The notes under the pieces were generated by a model, which did no database searches, was not told where the DNA came from, and was given only the letters and a program-made list of their open reading frames with translations. A DNA stretch of 60,768 bases, filler included. It is 5 parts of 5 records of this genome, joined end to end, with 100 filler letters (N's around TTAATTAATTAA, not from the genome) between each part and the next. Parts side by side here need not be neighbours in the genome. Positions count along the whole stretch, not along the records: positions 55,290 to 60,768 come from DRR723986_15923; 4 more parts are not named here. The stretch is one strand, 5' to 3'. Positions 58,791-60,768 of the stretch are shown piece after piece. The position numbers were made by a program, and so were the translations under genes. The number at the start of each line of letters is the position of its first letter. Within the stretch, counting starts at the first letter, position 1.

Positions 58791-58870
58791 AAAAGGGGTG
58801 GGGTGGATCTTTGCCAGCAGAACCTGTGAAAGATCCACCCCGAGGCATGTGAGTGGTGGCTGTGCCTCTA
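58791..58870 (-). ncRNA. Candidate small RNA (two hairpins, U-tail)
   Basis: GAGGCA..TGCCTC hairpin, then 13-bp stem GGGGTGGATCTTT..AAAGATCCACCCC, then ACCCCTTTT on the minus strand. Confidence 0.5.
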
Positions 58871-58945
58871 GTTCCACAGTACCTTGAATCGCGGCCGCGT
58901 CGTGCGCCCGACCGAACAGAATACCTATCCAAAAGTGTAAGGGAC

Positions 58946-59245
58946 CTATTCTAACGTCACAGATTGGCGCAGTTTTCCGGTCGTTTTGTCGAAAATCAGA
59001 ATGCGATTGTCGTCGGTGACCACAGCATACCAGTTCGATCCAATGGTCACTGCTTGGGCGCTGGTCCCATTCGGCAAAGTGATATCTTTGGGTAAGGTGG
59101 GGGTTCGGTCAGACAAGCGGATGACAATCAGTGCAAATGTGATTAGAACGCCGCCAATCATCACCGCCGTCAAGAGCATCACAAGGCGTCTCAGCAGTTT
59201 CAGTTGCGGCGTTTCCTGTGGTTCAGGATCAGAAGGGATCGTCAT
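58946..59245 (-). CDS. DUF6476-like single-TM protein
   Basis: LKLLRRLVMLLTAVMIGG..LPNG..WYAVVT..ILIFD. Confidence 0.75.
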   Translation of the reverse strand: MTIPSDPEPQETPQLKLLRRLVMLLTAVMIGGVLITFALIVIRLSDRTPTLPKDITLPNGTSAQAVTIGSNWYAVVTDDNRILIFDKTTGKLRQSVTLE

Positions 59246-60281
59246 GGGCACCCGCCAGATAGAATTTGTTATCGCGGCTTCACCGCCTTCGCGTCTTGAT
59301 AAGGCGCTTTCGCGAGATGTTCCAGTCGAGGCGACACTGTCGCGTACCAGATTGGCGCGATTGATCGAAGCGGGCGGTGTTTCCATCAACGGGGTGGTTG
59401 TAACAGACGCCAAGGCCAAGGTGGCTGAGGATGCGCAGGTCTTGATCACGGTGGAAGAAGCCGAAGAGAGCCACATTGGCCCAGAAGACATCCCGTTGGC
59501 TGTTGTGTTCGAAGATGACGATCTGATCGTGGTGAATAAACCGGCTGGGATGGTTGTGCATCCCGCGCCCGGATCCCCCAATGGGACGTTGGTAAATGCG
59601 CTTTTGCACCATTGTGGTGCTGATCTATCTGGCGTCGGGGGCGTGAAACGCCCCGGTATCGTGCATCGGATTGATAAAGAAACCAGCGGCTTGTTGGTCG
59701 TTGCTAAATCCGATGTTGCGCATCAGGGACTTGCGGCTCAGTTTGAGGCGCACACAGTCGAGCGTTATTATCAGGCGCTATGTTATGGCGTTCCCGAAGC
59801 CAGTGATCCCCGTTTGCGTGGGATTCGGGGGGCCAGTTTTGAGGCGGGGAACATCCTTCGGATGACAACGCAATTGGCGCGGCACAAGACAGACCGTCAG
59901 CGTCAAGCTGTTCTGTTTGAAGGGGGACGCCATGCCGTGACCCGGGCGCGGATCGTTGAACCGTTTGGGGTGCCGCCTGTGGTGACATTGATTGAATGCT
60001 GGCTTGAGACGGGGCGGACGCATCAGATACGGGTGCATATGGCCCACGCAGGGCACGGGCTTCTTGGGGATCCGACCTATGGGGGCAAGCGCAAACTACC
60101 TGCCAAGGCCCTGTCTGTCGAAGCAGCGCAGGCGATCCGTGATTTCCCGCGTCAGGCGTTGCACGCCGCAGTTTTGGGGTTTGAACACCCGGTCAGTGGG
60201 GAGCATCTGCGGTTCGAGGCCCCGATTCCATCAGACATGTCTGACCTGATTGATCTGTTGAAACGCCCCGCTGCACAGTGA
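59244..60281 (+). CDS. rluD: RluA/RluD-family 23S rRNA pseudouridine synthase
   Basis: S4 domain RLDKAL, NKPAGMVVHP, HRIDKETSG, TGRTHQIRVH, QALHA. Confidence 0.93.
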   Translation: MGTRQIEFVIAASPPSRLDKALSRDVPVEATLSRTRLARLIEAGGVSINGVVVTDAKAKVAEDAQVLITVEEAEESHIGPEDIPLAVVFEDDDLIVVNKPAGMVVHPAPGSPNGTLVNALLHHCGADLSGVGGVKRPGIVHRIDKETSGLLVVAKSDVAHQGLAAQFEAHTVERYYQALCYGVPEASDPRLRGIRGASFEAGNILRMTTQLARHKTDRQRQAVLFEGGRHAVTRARIVEPFGVPPVVTLIECWLETGRTHQIRVHMAHAGHGLLGDPTYGGKRKLPAKALSVEAAQAIRDFPRQALHAAVLGFEHPVSGEHLRFEAPIPSDMSDLIDLLKRPAAQ

Positions 60282-60327
60282 TGTCATCAAATGCACATAT
60301 GTGTGAGATATGAAGTCTCATGTTTTC

Positions 60328-60342
60328 TTAATGTAAGCTTAA
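60328..60342. promoter_or_regulatory. TTAA-N7-TTAA (CtrA-type) box upstream of rpoH
   Basis: TTAA-TGTAAGC-TTAA in an AT-rich intergenic region. Confidence 0.4.
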
Positions 60343-60364
60343 TCACAATATAGTAGCCCAGATA

Positions 60365-60394
60365 CTTGAAAGGGCAACATAGGTGACCCATATC
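60365..60394 (+). promoter_or_regulatory. Sigma32-type promoter of rpoH
   Basis: CTTGAA-N16-CCCATATC. Confidence 0.7.
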
Positions 60395-60434
60395 CTATGT
60401 TAAGTCCTTAAACATTTAAGGGAGGGACAAGAAA

Positions 60435-60768
60435 ATGGCTAATTACGCAAATCTCCCCGTTCCGACGCCTGAAGGCGGTTTGAACCGTTACATGCAGGAA
60501 ATTCGTAAGTTTCCTCTGTTGGAACCCGAAGAAGAATACATGCTGGCTAAGCGCTGGGTCGAAGAGCAGGACACCAAGTCCGCTCATAAGATGGTGACAT
60601 CGCACCTGCGCTTGGCTGCAAAAATCGCGATGGGATATCGTGGCTATGGTTTGCCACAGGCCGAAGTTGTGTCTGAGGCCAATGTGGGCCTGATGCAGGC
60701 GGTCAAACGGTTCGACCCTGAAAAAGGCTTCCGTTTGTCGACCTATGCGATGTGGTGGATCCGCGCCT
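60435..60768 (+). CDS. rpoH: RNA polymerase sigma factor RpoH, 3'-truncated (not in ORF track)
   Basis: MANYANLP..YMQEIRKFP..SHLRLAAKIAMGYRGYGLP..GLMQAVKRFDPEKGFRLSTYAMWWIRA; GGAGG RBS. Confidence 0.96.
   Translation, partial: MANYANLPVPTPEGGLNRYMQEIRKFPLLEPEEEYMLAKRWVEEQDTKSAHKMVTSHLRLAAKIAMGYRGYGLPQAEVVSEANVGLMQAVKRFDPEKGFRLSTYAMWWIRA

Overview
The window is not one locus. It is five unrelated contigs joined by four artificial 100-bp linkers (N44-TTAATTAATTAA-N44) at 31074-31173, 36802-36901, 49376-49475 and 55190-55289, so no gene context is valid across a linker. (1) 1-31073 is a planctomycete (Pirellulaceae-like; LExRxLLA signal peptides, BBP7 barrel, dockerin). It carries an exported thioredoxin-cyclophilin fusion missing from the ORF track, ACT and DinB proteins, and a coupled three-gene operon: possible histone-fold-like protein, antitoxin-like protein, HNH nuclease. 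It also has Maf, DUF3467, an ABC operon, hydrolases, HtrA, a Ser/Thr kinase-phosphatase pair and a trypsin-dockerin protease. (2) 31174-36801 is a high-GC Rhodobacteraceae piece: BadF-type kinase, a candidate ~190-nt structured RNA, lytic transglycosylase, an Osp-like receiver protein with a CtrA-like box, a 24-bp tandem repeat, GST, a REP-like element and fmt. (3) 36902-49375 is a Marinobacter-like core region: tsf, rpsB, map, glnD, dapC, arsC-like, dapD, dapE, slyX, a membrane-anchored cold-shock protein, a degenerate Clp-like protein, DUF1853 and gloA. (4) 49476-55189 is Marinobacter-like: SBP, DUF2339, crotonase, PhoD-like. (5) 55290-60768 is roseobacter-like: recJ, glpX, hom, a candidate sRNA, DUF6476/rluD sharing one CATG, and rpoH. 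The best novelty candidates are the HNH operon with its histone-fold-like ORF, the two candidate ncRNAs and the NBD2-less Clp-like protein. Taxonomy and family calls come from motif recognition only; no searches were run.
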